Shown: positions 1 to 10,287 of the stretch, piece after piece
Position numbering within the stretch: position 1 is the stretch's first letter
How the letters are laid out: every line of letters starts with the position of its first letter
From: Candidatus Sediminicultor quintus
GTDB lineage: Bacteria > Atribacterota > Phoenicimicrobiia > Phoenicimicrobiales > Phoenicimicrobiaceae
Direction of reading: 5' to 3'
Assembly: GCA_001773955.1 (NCBI GenBank)
Contig: MEYH01000048.1
Coordinates: 13,787-58,078, forward strand
DNA length: 44,292 nucleotides
Made by a program: the position numbers and the translations under genes
The notes under the pieces: generated by a model
Told to the model about the DNA's origin: nothing
Databases searched by the model: none
Seen by the model: only the letters and a program-made list of their open reading frames with translations

Positions 1-1182
1 GGATATCCTAAAGAAACCGCTTGTTGGATGAGTCATCAAGATTTAATAGAAGATCTTCCTCTAAATTTTATTGCCATCGCTAGCAGCGAAAATACCAAAG
101 TTGCAGCCATGGTAAATAGAGAGAAGAAAATTTATGGAATCCAATTTCATCCTGAAGTGACCCATACACCTTTAGGAAAAAAGGTATTTGAGAATTTTCT
201 TTATAAAATATGCCAGTGTAAGCCTGGTTGGAATCTGAAATCATTCATCGAACAATCTGTAAAGGAGATTAAAGAAAAAGTAGGCAAAGATATAGTAGTA
301 GCAGGCGTAAGTGGAGGGATAGATTCATTGGTGGCAGCAGTATTAACCCACAAGGCTATTGGCCATCAACTTTATTGTATTTTCATTAATAATGGTTTAT
401 TAAGAAAAGGAGAGGCAGAAGAAGTACAAAAAAGATTTAAAGAGAATTTTAAAATAGATTTAATCTATGTTGATGCCTCTGAGAGATTTTTAAAGAGATT
501 GAAAGGCGTAAGTGACCCCGAGAAAAAGAGAATGGTCGTTGGGGAAGAATTTATCCGAATATTTGAGGAAAAGGCAAAAGACATCGGTAAGGTAGAATAT
601 TTATTACAAGGGACTCTCTATCCCGATGTCATAGAGAGTATTTCTTTAGAAGGTCCTTCTTCAAAGATTAAATCTCATCATAATGTAGGTGGATTGCCTG
701 AGGAAATGAAACTTAAAGTCCTGGAGCCTTTAAAATATCTGTTTAAGGATGAAGTGAGGAAAATAGCGAAAAAGCTAAAGTTACCTGAAGAGGTAATCTG
801 GAGACAACCTTTCCCTGGGCCGGGATTATCTATAAGAGTAATTGGTGTCGTCGATAAAGAAAAATTAGATATTTTAAGAGAAGCAGATGAGATAATTATG
901 CAGGAAATAAAAAAGAATAACTTATATAAAAAGGTCTGGCAATCTTTTGGTATTTTACTTCCGATAAAGACGGTAGGAGTGATGGGAGATATTCGAACCT
1001 ATGATTTTGTTCTTGTCTTGAGAATTGTAAATAGCAGTGACGGGATGACTGCTGACTGGGCGAAAATTTCAGATAAGATATTAGGAGAGATATCTAATAG
1101 AATTATCAACGAGGTTAAAGGCATTAACCGCGTGGTTTATGATATAAGTTCAAAACCGCCAGCGACGATCGAATGGGAATGA
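1..1182 (+). CDS. guaA: GMP synthase (glutamine-hydrolysing), 5' end outside window
   Basis: Frame 1 is open from base 1, so the ATG at 28 is internal. GATase tail [13 protein letters not shown]-PPase P-loop [13 protein letters not shown]-terminal dimerisation domain ending [11 protein letters not shown] stop 1180-1182. Confidence 0.95.
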   Translation, partial: GYPKETACWMSHQDLIEDLPLNFIAIASSENTKVAAMVNREKKIYGIQFHPEVTHTPLGKKVFENFLYKICQCKPGWNLKSFIEQSVKEIKEKVGKDIVVAGVSGGIDSLVAAVLTHKAIGHQLYCIFINNGLLRKGEAEEVQKRFKENFKIDLIYVDASERFLKRLKGVSDPEKKRMVVGEEFIRIFEEKAKDIGKVEYLLQGTLYPDVIESISLEGPSSKIKSHHNVGGLPEEMKLKVLEPLKYLFKDEVRKIAKKLKLPEEVIWRQPFPGPGLSIRVIGVVDKEKLDILREADEIIMQEIKKNNLYKKVWQSFGILLPIKTVGVMGDIRTYDFVLVLRIVNSSDGMTADWAKISDKILGEISNRIINEVKGINRVVYDISSKPPATIEWE

Positions 1183-1262
1183 AAATAGTCGCTAGTAAAG
1201 AAGAAAATAGAATACAGGAACAAAGTTAGTATATAGTAAATAAAGTAAAAGAGAAAAAAGAA

Positions 1263-1283
1263 GGGGCGTATTGCATACACCCT
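1263..1283. repeat. degenerate REP-like hairpin (GGGGCGTATTGCATACACCCT)
   Basis: One mismatch from the GGGGCGTAT..ATACGCCCC stems at 17832 and 24264. Followed by CTGATAG, as is the copy at 32822. Confidence 0.4.
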
Positions 1284-1369
1284 GATAGTATATAGCGGGT
1301 AGCGAAATAGTGTAAAGTGTAGAACTAAAAACGCAAAACCAAAACTTAAAAGTTAAAATTGAAGAAAAA

Positions 1370-1420
1370 GTTTTGAATTTTGAATTATGGTTTTTCGTTT
1401 TTCGTTTTAAATTTTTAGCT
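1370..1420 (+). repeat. element B copy (GTTTTGAATTTTGAATTATGGTTTTTCGTTTTTCGTTTTAAATTTTTAGCT)
   Basis: Same 51-nt sequence family at 3072-3108, 24136-24186 (reverse) and 36819-36926 (interrupted). Internally made of doubled heptamers TTTTGAA x2 and TTTTTCG x2. A partial inverted copy (CTAAAAACGCAAAACC) lies at about 1325-1340. Confidence 0.7.
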
Positions 1421-1500
1421 AACCAGAAATCACTTAAAGCCAACCATATAACTGGTTAACTGAATATCTGAATAATTATAGATAATTAAAGACGACTTAA

Positions 1501-2826
<1,326 letters not shown>

Positions 2827-2880
2827 AAAATAAAAATTAACTAATTGTTTGTTTGGTTAGTTAGTTAACTGGTTGAGAAA

Positions 2881-2964
2881 AAGAAGTCAGAATTCAGAAG
2901 CCAGAATTCAGAAGCCAGAATTCAGAAGCCAGAAGCCAGAATTCAGAAGTTAGAAGCCAGAATA
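2881..2964 (+). repeat. 12-unit heptamer array CAGAAGC/CAGAATT
   Basis: Counted units: AAGAAGT CAGAATT CAGAAGC CAGAATT CAGAAGC CAGAATT CAGAAGC CAGAAGC CAGAATT CAGAAGT TAGAAGC CAGAATA. Confidence 0.95.
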
Positions 2965-2977
2965 AAAAAACAGAAAT

Positions 2978-3037
2978 GTCATTGCGAGTGACCGCAGGGA
3001 GCGTGGCAATCCCGTACCTTTTGAGATTGCTTCGTCG
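2978..3037 (-). repeat. truncated GTCATTGCGAG-family palindromic element
   Basis: Left terminus GTCATTGCGAG, then TGACCGCAGGGAGCGTGGCAATC, which matches the reverse complement of 17926-17960. Continues to GAGATTGCTTCGTCG. The right terminus CTCGCAATGAC is missing. Confidence 0.6.
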
Positions 3038-3071
3038 TTTTCGTAATAAGAAATACGCAATACGAAAAAAG

Positions 3072-3108
3072 GTTTTGAGTTTTGAATTATGGTTTTACAT
3101 TTTTAGCC
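3072..3108 (+). repeat. element B, short variant
   Basis: GTTTTGAGTTTTGAATTATGGTTTTACATTTTTAGCC. Lacks the TTTTTCG doublet of the 1370 copy. Confidence 0.6.
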
Positions 3109-3160
3109 TTAACTTTTTAATTTAATTAGGAATTAGGGTAAGCATCCTATTAATCCAAAA

Positions 3161-3195
3161 CTATACGCTAAACGCTGTACGCTCTACGCTAATTA
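3161..3195 (+). repeat. heptamer array CTNTACG x5
   Basis: CTATACG CTAAACG CTGTACG CTCTACG CTAATTA. Confidence 0.9.
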
Positions 3196-3198
3196 TAT

Positions 3199-3231
3199 AC
3201 TAACGACTATTCACTATTTCACTAACGACTA
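3199..3231 (-). repeat. reverse-complement TAGTGAA/TAGTCGT array abutting the purB RBS
   Basis: ACGACTA TTCACTA TTTCACTA ACGACTA, ending 3 nt before the AAGAGGTGA Shine-Dalgarno. Confidence 0.9.
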
Positions 3232-3248
3232 AATAAGAGGTGATAATA

Positions 3249-4544
3249 ATGATTGATAGATATTCCCTCCCGGTTATGAAAAATATCTGGGATGAGAAGA
3301 ATAAATATAAAACTTGGTTAAAAATAGAGCTTTTAGTTTGTGAAGCTTTATTTGAATTAGGAAAGATAGACCAAGAAGCTATTGAAAACATCAGAAAAAA
3401 TGCCAGATATTCTGTATATCGTATTCAAGAAATAGAAAAAGTAACTCGGCACGATGTATTAGCTTTTACTACTGCTGTGGGGGAAAATTTAGGAGAGTAT
3501 TCCCGTTATTTCCATCAAGGATTAACCTCTTCTGATATATTAGATACTTCTTTGGCTTTGATGTTAAAGCATTCTGCTGAAATAATCATAGAAGGCATTA
3601 ATGATTTGATAAATGCGTTAAAAGAAAAAGCTTTGGAGCACAAATATACTCTAATGGCAGGAAGGACACATGGTGTTCATGCCGAACCGATTACTTTTGG
3701 TTTTAAAGTGGCTTTATGGTTCTCCGAAATGGAGAGAAATTTGGAAAGGATGAAGAGGGCGCAGGAAGAAATAAGTTATGGTAAGATATCGGGGGCAGTA
3801 GGCACTTTTGCCCATATTGGTCTCCATGTTGAGGAATATGTTTGTGCAAAATTAAGTCTGAAACCAGCAAAGATTTCTAATCAAATTATTCAAAGAGATC
3901 GACATGCCTATTATTTAGTTACCTTAGCAGTAATTGCCAGTTCTTTAGAAAAGTTTGCCACTGAAATAAGGGGGTTGCAGAGAACTGAAATTTACGAAGC
4001 AGAAGAAAATTTTACCCCTGGTCAGAAGGGTTCTTCAGCCATGCCACACAAGAGAAATCCCATAATTTGTGAGAGAATTTGCGGACTTTCCCGAGTAGTT
4101 AGAGCTAATGCTATGACTGCCCTGGAAAATGTAAACCTGTGGCATGAGAGAGACATTTCTCATTCTTCTGCAGAGCGGATTATTATTCCCGATAGCAATA
4201 TTTTAGTTGATTATATGTTACAAAAATTTACTAATCTTATCTCTAATTTAAATGTATATCCCGAGCGAATGAAAGAAAATTTGGAAAAAACTAAAGGTCT
4301 AATCTTTTCTCAAAAGATAATGTTGGACCTTACCGAAAAAGGTCTTTCCCGAGAGGAAGCATATAGAATAGTTCAGGGAATTTCTATGCGGGTCTGGCAG
4401 GGTCAAGCCGAGTTCAAAGAACTTTTATTGGGGGACCCGGAAGTAGGTAAATATTTAACAAAATCAGAGATAGAAGAATGTTTTGATTATCAGACTTATC
4501 TGAAAAATATAGATTCGATATTTATCAGAGTATTCGACGAATAG
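3249..4544 (+). CDS. purB: adenylosuccinate lyase
   Basis: Fumarate-lyase signature GSSAMPHKRNP. Start moved from GTG 3240 to ATG 3249 (MIDRYSLPVM, as in PurB homologues), with SD AAGAGGTGA at 3235-3243. Confidence 0.95.
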   Translation: MIDRYSLPVMKNIWDEKNKYKTWLKIELLVCEALFELGKIDQEAIENIRKNARYSVYRIQEIEKVTRHDVLAFTTAVGENLGEYSRYFHQGLTSSDILDTSLALMLKHSAEIIIEGINDLINALKEKALEHKYTLMAGRTHGVHAEPITFGFKVALWFSEMERNLERMKRAQEEISYGKISGAVGTFAHIGLHVEEYVCAKLSLKPAKISNQIIQRDRHAYYLVTLAVIASSLEKFATEIRGLQRTEIYEAEENFTPGQKGSSAMPHKRNPIICERICGLSRVVRANAMTALENVNLWHERDISHSSAERIIIPDSNILVDYMLQKFTNLISNLNVYPERMKENLEKTKGLIFSQKIMLDLTEKGLSREEAYRIVQGISMRVWQGQAEFKELLLGDPEVGKYLTKSEIEECFDYQTYLKNIDSIFIRVFDE

Positions 4545-4670
4545 AATTATCTGGACAATAAATATTTAGAGATAAAATAGAGAAAAAACAATAAAAAATA
4601 ACATGTACAACAGAATTATGCCCACTCGCATTTTTTTATAAAAAAAAATTAAAAAATTTATTAAAATGTA

Positions 4671-4699
4671 TTGATTAATTGCAGAGATTTTGATATATT
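4671..4699 (+). promoter_or_regulatory. candidate sigma-70 promoter for speD operon
   Basis: TTGATT (4671-4676), 17-nt spacer, TATATT (4694-4699), preceded by TGA (extended -10 like). An A/T tract lies upstream. Confidence 0.45.
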
Positions 4700-4818
4700 A
4701 TCTTTTGTATTTTAATGATTTTTAAATATTGCGAAATATCAAGAAAGTAGATGATATATGCAGTAAATTTTTTAAAGAAGGGGGGGCGATATTCCGTCAT
4801 ATATCGCGAAGTTGAGGA

Positions 4819-5211
4819 ATGAACTACTTGGGGAATCATTTATTGGTAGAACTTTATAATTGCAATACCAGCTCAATTAATAATGTTGAAAAAATAGAAC
4901 AACTACTGTTAGAAGCAGTAAAGATTTCAGGAGCAACTGCTCTAAATTCGACCTTCCATAAATTCTCTCCTCATGGAGTAAGTGGGGTGGTGGTAATTTC
5001 CGAATCCCATTTTTCCATTCACACCTGGCCTGAATATGGCTATTGTGCTTTAGATATTTTTACCTGCGGAACTGAAATAAAAAGCGAAAAAGCATTGGAT
5101 TTTCTTAAAAAAGAATTAGGAGCGGGTTCAATTTCGGTTACAGAAGTAAAAAGAGGTATTTTGGATTTTCCAGTAAAACTTTTACACAAACCGGAGGTGT
5201 GTAAAAAATGA
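4819..5211 (+). CDS. speD: S-adenosylmethionine decarboxylase proenzyme (small SpeD/SpeH type)
   Basis: Self-processing motif VVVISESHFSIHTWPEYGY and overall colinearity with Bacillus and Thermotoga AdoMetDC. Confidence 0.9.
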   Translation: MNYLGNHLLVELYNCNTSSINNVEKIEQLLLEAVKISGATALNSTFHKFSPHGVSGVVVISESHFSIHTWPEYGYCALDIFTCGTEIKSEKALDFLKKELGAGSISVTEVKRGILDFPVKLLHKPEVCKK

Positions 5212-5591
5212 AAAATTTTAAGAAAGAATATTATGCTAATAAAGCCTGGGGTTTGTTAACTAGTGTAGATCTTTATAATTGTGACCCTCAAATCATAAGA
5301 GATGCAGAAGCAATAAAAAGATATGTCAAAGAACTTTGTGAATTAATTGAAATGAAACAATTTGGGGATACTCAAGTTGTTCATTTTGGCGAAGACGAGA
5401 GAGTTGCTGGGTTTTCTATGGTGCAGTTGATTGAAACTTCTTTAATTTCAGGACATTTTGCCAATAGTACTAACAATGCTTATATAGATATATTTAGTTG
5501 TAAATATTATGAGCCATCAGTGGCAGCAGAGTTTACCAAGAAATTTTTTGAAGCAAAGGAAGTTAAAATGCATTATATTTTAAGGGGCTAA
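5208..5591 (+). CDS. AdoMetDC-fold paralogue, function uncertain
   Basis: Same length and N-terminal WGLLTSVDLYNC pattern as SpeD. The processing region reads QLIETSLISGHF instead of ISESHFSIHTWPE. ATGA overlap with the speD stop (5208-5211). Confidence 0.75.
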   Translation: MKNFKKEYYANKAWGLLTSVDLYNCDPQIIRDAEAIKRYVKELCELIEMKQFGDTQVVHFGEDERVAGFSMVQLIETSLISGHFANSTNNAYIDIFSCKYYEPSVAAEFTKKFFEAKEVKMHYILRG

Positions 5592-5596
5592 AATAT

Positions 5597-6445
5597 TTGA
5601 ATCATAAAGACATTTGGATAGAAGAAAAATATGAAATAGAAAAAGGCAGAACTTTAAAGATAAAGATTACGAAATCTCTCGAAAAGATAAAATCAGAATT
5701 TCAAGAGATTGAAGTAGTAGAAAGTGTGTCCTTTGGAAAAATTATGCTTATTGATGGAGTAATTATGCTTACTGAGGCAGATGAATTCTGTTACCATGAA
5801 ATGATTGCCCATGTCCCTTTATGTGTGCATAAAAAAGCTCAAAAAGTTCTGGTAATTGGTGGAGGAGATGGAGGAACAGTAAGGGAAATATTAAAACACG
5901 ATAATGTTAAAGAAGTAGATGTCTGTGAGATTGATAGAAAAGTAATAGAGATATCTAAAAGACATTTTCCTTATTTGGCTAATAGTTTCGACGACCCTAA
6001 AGTAAAAATATATTATGAGGATGGAAATGAATTCGTAAAAACTCATAAGAATGAATATGATATAATTATCGTCGATTCTTCTGATCCCATAGGATTTGCT
6101 GAAGTTTTATTTAGAAGAGAATTTTTTGAAGCAATGTTTCAGACCTTAAAAGATGATGGAATTGTAGTTACCCAGGCAGAATCGTTTTTCTATCATTCAG
6201 AAATAATTAAATCACTATTCTTTTTTGTAAGAGATATTTATCCTATTTCGGAATATTATTACACCTTGGTGCCCACTTATCCCAGTGGGGTGATTGGATT
6301 TACTTTCTGTTCCAAGAAATATCACCCCATAAATAACTTCAACGAAACAGAGGCTCTAAAATTGAACGATTTGAAATATTATGATAAAGGCATCCATAAA
6401 TCAGCCTTTAACCTTCCTTTCTTTGCCCAAGGTTATAAGTATTAA
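5597..6445 (+). CDS. speE: spermidine synthase (aminopropyltransferase)
   Basis: VLVIGGGDGGTVRE, CEID and IIVDSSDP motifs. TTG start with AAGGGG SD 9 nt upstream. Confidence 0.9.
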   Translation: MNHKDIWIEEKYEIEKGRTLKIKITKSLEKIKSEFQEIEVVESVSFGKIMLIDGVIMLTEADEFCYHEMIAHVPLCVHKKAQKVLVIGGGDGGTVREILKHDNVKEVDVCEIDRKVIEISKRHFPYLANSFDDPKVKIYYEDGNEFVKTHKNEYDIIIVDSSDPIGFAEVLFRREFFEAMFQTLKDDGIVVTQAESFFYHSEIIKSLFFFVRDIYPISEYYYTLVPTYPSGVIGFTFCSKKYHPINNFNETEALKLNDLKYYDKGIHKSAFNLPFFAQGYKY

Positions 6446-6512
6446 AACCCGTAAATTAATTTTTCATGTAAAGAATATTGCTTGTATTTTACAGAAAAAA
6501 AGGGAGTATTAA

Positions 6513-7319
6513 ATGAAAGAGCAACCGGTTGGTTTTTTAGATTCGGGCTTAGGTGGTTTATCGGTAGTAAAAGAAGTAAAAAAATTGCTTCCCCGGGAAA
6601 ATATTGAATATTTTGCTGATAATCAGCGTCAACCTTATGGCGAGAAAAACCAATCAGAACTAACTAAATTTACTTTCCAGATAATTAGCTTCCTTTTAAA
6701 GAAAAAAATAAAAATTTGTGTTATAGCATGCAATACAGCTACCGCTGCCAGCCTCAAAAAAGTAAGAGAATATTTTTCCATTCCCATCATTGGAGTTATC
6801 CAGCCAGCAGTTCAAGATGCCATAAAGAAGACTTTAAACAAAAAGATTGGAATTATTGCCACCGAATTTACCACCAAAAATGGAGCTTATCTTAGAGAGA
6901 TTAAAAAAGTTGCTCCTGAAATAAAAGTTTTTTCTAATTTCTGCCCTAAATTTGTCTCTATAGTTGAGGCCGGTAAATTTACTGCACCTGAAACCTACGA
7001 AGTTGCCCGAGAATATTTAAAACCTTTAAAAGATGCGCAAATTGACACTTTGATATTAGGCTGTACACACTATTCCTTTTTAAAAAGGGTCATATCAGAT
7101 ATTATGGGTTCAGGAGTAATATTAATTGATCCATCTATCAGCACCTCATTAACTTTAAAAGAAGTTCTAATTCAAAAGGGAATCTCAAAAGAAGAAGGGG
7201 AAAGTAAAGAAAATTACTACACCACCGGTTTAACAGATAAAGTAAGAAAAACCGCTAAAATCATTCTTAATAGTGATAATATTGCAATCCAAAGAGTAAA
7301 GTTAGAAGAATTAGGATAA
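6513..7319 (+). CDS. murI: glutamate racemase
   Basis: FLDSGLGGLSV, catalytic Cys motifs ACNTAT and GCTHY. Confidence 0.92.
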   Translation: MKEQPVGFLDSGLGGLSVVKEVKKLLPRENIEYFADNQRQPYGEKNQSELTKFTFQIISFLLKKKIKICVIACNTATAASLKKVREYFSIPIIGVIQPAVQDAIKKTLNKKIGIIATEFTTKNGAYLREIKKVAPEIKVFSNFCPKFVSIVEAGKFTAPETYEVAREYLKPLKDAQIDTLILGCTHYSFLKRVISDIMGSGVILIDPSISTSLTLKEVLIQKGISKEEGESKENYYTTGLTDKVRKTAKIILNSDNIAIQRVKLEELG

Positions 7320-7373
7320 AATATTTAATTAGCATTATGTGATTACAACCCAAAAAGTAAACAAAATGATAAT

Positions 7374-7397
7374 GTAGAGGCACGATGTATCGTGCCC
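7374..7397 (+). repeat. REP-like hairpin with 5' GTAG
   Basis: GTAG A GGCACGAT GT ATCGTGCC C. Arms of 8 bp. Confidence 0.7.
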
Positions 7398-7455
7398 ACA
7401 GGATACTGAATTCTGACTCCCGAATTTATATGAGGACTGTGCAATTTTGGTTACT

Positions 7456-7519
7456 CTATATTCTATATGTTATGCGCTAAAAAACGAGATACGATTCACG
7501 AGATACGAGATACGTATTA
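7456..7519 (+). repeat. heptamer arrays CTATATT/CTATATG then CGAGATA family
   Basis: CTATATT CTATATG TTATGCG CTAAAAA, then (7485-7519) CGAGATA CGATTCA CGAGATA CGAGATA CGTATTA. Confidence 0.85.
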
Positions 7520-7589
7520 ATAGTATGTAATTTTTATAAAAATGTGTTAAAATTATTAAAACTTTGTTTTGAGAAGGAGGTAAGTAAAA

Positions 7590-8498
7590 ATGAAAGCTGA
7601 AAAAATCTGGATGGATGGGAAGATGGTCGATTGGGATGAGGCAAAAGTTCATGTATGCACTCATGCACTGCATTATGGGAGTGGAGTATTTGAAGGTATA
7701 AGGGCTTACGAGACCGAGAGTGGGACCGCAGTTTTTAGGTTAAAAGAACATATCGAACGCTTATTTAATTCTGCAAAAATATTTAAAATGGATATTCCTT
7801 ATACAAAAGAAGATATTAGGGAAGCTATTAAAAACACTATAAAGGCGAATAAGCTTAAGAGTGGTTACATCCGTCCTTTAATCTATCGTGGTTTTGAACA
7901 ATTAGGATTAAATCCCTTCACCTGTCCAGTTAATTGTTCTATTGCTGTTTGGGAATGGGGTGCTTATTTAGGTGAGGAAGCATTAGCGAATGGGATTAAA
8001 ACTAAGATTTCGAGTTATGCCCGAAGTTATATAAATTCCACCTCTCAAAAAGCTAAAATTTGTGGAAATTACGTTAATTCTATATTTGCTAAGATGGAAG
8101 CAATTGAAGCAGGGGCAGATGAAGCCATCTTATTAGACACAAGAGGCTTTGTAACTGAGGGATCAGGTGAGAATATATTTTGGATTAAAAATGGAATAAT
8201 TTATACAACGCCTACTGCCACAGTGTTAGAGGGAATTACCCGAGATTCTATAATAAAAATTGCAGAGGATATGAATTACCAATTTCAAGAGAAATATATC
8301 TGTCGAGATGAACTTTATATATCTGATGAGGTATTTTTTACCGGTACAGCGGCCGAAGTCACTCCTATCAGGGAAATTGATAATTATCAGATCGGTGAAG
8401 GTAAGCGTGGTCCAATAACTGAAAATATTCAGAAAAAGTTTTTTGCTATCGCTAAAGGGGAAGAAGAGAAATACTTAAGTTGGCTCGATTTTGTCTAA
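7590..8498 (+). CDS. ilvE: branched-chain amino acid aminotransferase (class IV)
   Basis: HALHYGSGVFEGIRAY and GTAAEVTPI. GAAGGAGG SD upstream. A D-amino-acid aminotransferase role cannot be fully excluded. Confidence 0.85.
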   Translation: MKAEKIWMDGKMVDWDEAKVHVCTHALHYGSGVFEGIRAYETESGTAVFRLKEHIERLFNSAKIFKMDIPYTKEDIREAIKNTIKANKLKSGYIRPLIYRGFEQLGLNPFTCPVNCSIAVWEWGAYLGEEALANGIKTKISSYARSYINSTSQKAKICGNYVNSIFAKMEAIEAGADEAILLDTRGFVTEGSGENIFWIKNGIIYTTPTATVLEGITRDSIIKIAEDMNYQFQEKYICRDELYISDEVFFTGTAAEVTPIREIDNYQIGEGKRGPITENIQKKFFAIAKGEEEKYLSWLDFV

Positions 8499-8521
8499 TA
8501 TAATGGAGAAAAATGGGGTCA

Positions 8522-8584
8522 GGTCTCAACATTTGACATATCTATTAAAAATAATTAAGCAAAACTATATCAAATATTGAGACC
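8522..8584. repeat. 15-bp inverted repeat in the ilvE-aminotransferase spacer
   Basis: GGTCTCAACATTTGA (8522-8536) versus TCAAATATTGAGACC (8570-8584). 14 of 15 positions are complementary, with a 33-nt loop. Confidence 0.6.
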
Positions 8585-8616
8585 ACAAAATCAAAATAAG
8601 AGGAGGAAATTAGAAG

Positions 8617-9807
8617 GTGACTATTTCGGATAGAGCAAAGAGTATAAATCCGTCCCAGACTTTGGCTATGACCGCTCAGGCGTTAAAGATGAAGCGGGAA
8701 GGAAAGAAGGTGATTAGTTTTGCTGCTGGTGAGCCTGACTTTGATACTCCCGAAAATATTCAGGAAGAGGCAATATCTGCAATTAAACAAGGATTTACTC
8801 ACTATACGGTTAATTCGGGAATAATTGAATTGAAAGAAGCAATAATAGGAAAATTAAAAAAAGATAATAAAGTAGAATATAAGACTGCAGAAATTATTAT
8901 TTCCAATGGAGCAAAACAATGTTTGTTTAATGCCCTATTGACCGTATGCAATCCAGAAGATGAAGTATTATTGCCGACTCCTTGCTGGGTTAGTTATACT
9001 GAGCAGATAAAATTCGCAGAAGCAGTCCCTATATTTATTAATACTTATCAGGAGGATGCTTTTAAATTGTCTGCTGCTCAAGTTGAAGAAAAAATATCTT
9101 CCAAGACTAAATTGCTTATCTTAAATAGCCCTAATAACCCTACTGGTGCTGTATATGACGTGGAAGAACTAAAAAAGATAGCCAAGCTTCTGGTAAAGCA
9201 TGATATTTATTGTATATCTGATGAAATATATGAAAAATTAGTTTATGATAATACAAAACATCTAAGCATAGCTTCCTTAAGTGATGAAATAAAGGAAAAA
9301 ATTATTACTATAAATGGTGTTTCTAAATCATATGCTATGACTGGTTGGAGGATTGGCTATGCGGCAGGGCCGGAAGATATTATTTCTGGAATGGGTAAAA
9401 TTCAGGAACATAGTACTTCTAATCCAAATTCTATAGCTCAAAAAGCTAGTGTGGAAGCTTTAAACGGGAGACAAGATACTATCGAAGAGATGAGAAGAGA
9501 ATTCGAAGAGAGAAGGAAATATATGGTAGAAAAGCTAAACCAGATAAAAGGAATTTCCTGTCTTAAGCCTTCTGGAGCCTTTTACGCCTTTCCTAATGTG
9601 AGTAAAATATTAGAGAAAGGGTTTAAATGTAATGGTAAGAGAATTATTAATTCGTTTGACCTTGCTGATTTTATTTTAAAGGAAGCGGAAGTTGCTGTAA
9701 TTCCGGGCAGCGCATTCGAAGCAGAAGGATATTTGAGGTTGTCTTATGCTGCATCTTTAGAAGATATTAAAGAGGGGTTGGATAGAATAGAAAATATTTT
9801 AAAATAA
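8617..9807 (+). CDS. aspartate/aromatic aminotransferase (class I PLP enzyme)
   Basis: NSPNNPTG and PLP-lysine motif GVSKSYAMTGWRIGY. GTG start with AGGAGGA SD. Confidence 0.88.
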   Translation: MTISDRAKSINPSQTLAMTAQALKMKREGKKVISFAAGEPDFDTPENIQEEAISAIKQGFTHYTVNSGIIELKEAIIGKLKKDNKVEYKTAEIIISNGAKQCLFNALLTVCNPEDEVLLPTPCWVSYTEQIKFAEAVPIFINTYQEDAFKLSAAQVEEKISSKTKLLILNSPNNPTGAVYDVEELKKIAKLLVKHDIYCISDEIYEKLVYDNTKHLSIASLSDEIKEKIITINGVSKSYAMTGWRIGYAAGPEDIISGMGKIQEHSTSNPNSIAQKASVEALNGRQDTIEEMRREFEERRKYMVEKLNQIKGISCLKPSGAFYAFPNVSKILEKGFKCNGKRIINSFDLADFILKEAEVAVIPGSAFEAEGYLRLSYAASLEDIKEGLDRIENILK

Positions 9808-9810
9808 ATT

Positions 9811-10287
9811 ATGAAAGAAAATTGCTTTATAGTTTATAGATTGCAAAAATTAGCAATTTTGCTCAGGATTTTAGGTTTTGATGTCCTGTATTTTCAAAAT
9901 GATTATATATCAGTCATTCATCTGACTAAAAGAGAGTATAGAATATTGTTATCCAGGGTAAAGTTTTTAAGAAAATTACCCTGGATTTTTTATCTTGATA
10001 AAGATGATCTTGACGAGCAATTAAAACAAATTATAAAAGAATTTAAATTAAAAATAAATAAAGAAAATCTATTTAGTAGATGCTCAAATTGTAATAATTT
10101 CTTGCAAAAAATTAATGAAGAGGAGGTTAAGGGAGAGGTTCCCTTAGATGTCCGCGGGAAAGGTTATTGGTTTAAAAAATGTCTTAATTGCGGGAAAATA
10201 TTCTGGAATGGAAATCATATACCAACTTTAGAAGAAAAACTTAGGAAAATTGGAGTTATAGAAGAAAAAAATGACGATACTGGATAA
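9811..10287 (+). CDS. Mut7-C (DUF82) RNase-domain family protein
   Basis: N-terminal LQKLAILLRILGFDV pattern and C-terminal zinc ribbon CSNCN...CLNCGKIFWNGNH, both typical of the family. Confidence 0.65.
   Translation: MKENCFIVYRLQKLAILLRILGFDVLYFQNDYISVIHLTKREYRILLSRVKFLRKLPWIFYLDKDDLDEQLKQIIKEFKLKINKENLFSRCSNCNNFLQKINEEEVKGEVPLDVRGKGYWFKKCLNCGKIFWNGNHIPTLEEKLRKIGVIEEKNDDTG

Noticed and set aside
1192-1443. 83-aa minus-strand ORF from the track
   Set aside because: Lies entirely in repeat-filled spacer (REP remnant, element B). It has low-complexity F/L/Y-rich translation and no SD.
2881-2964. Possible CRISPR array (and likewise the other tandem arrays)
   Set aside because: Units are 7 nt and directly abutting with no spacers. 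There are no 24-48-nt repeats and no cas genes in the window.
4618-4637. Terminator after purB (ATGCCCACTCGCAT followed by a T7 run)
   Set aside because: The stem is only 4 bp, too weak to call despite the T-run.
7470-7673. 67-aa minus-strand ORF
   Set aside because: Antisense to the ilvE start and the CGAGATA array. No support.
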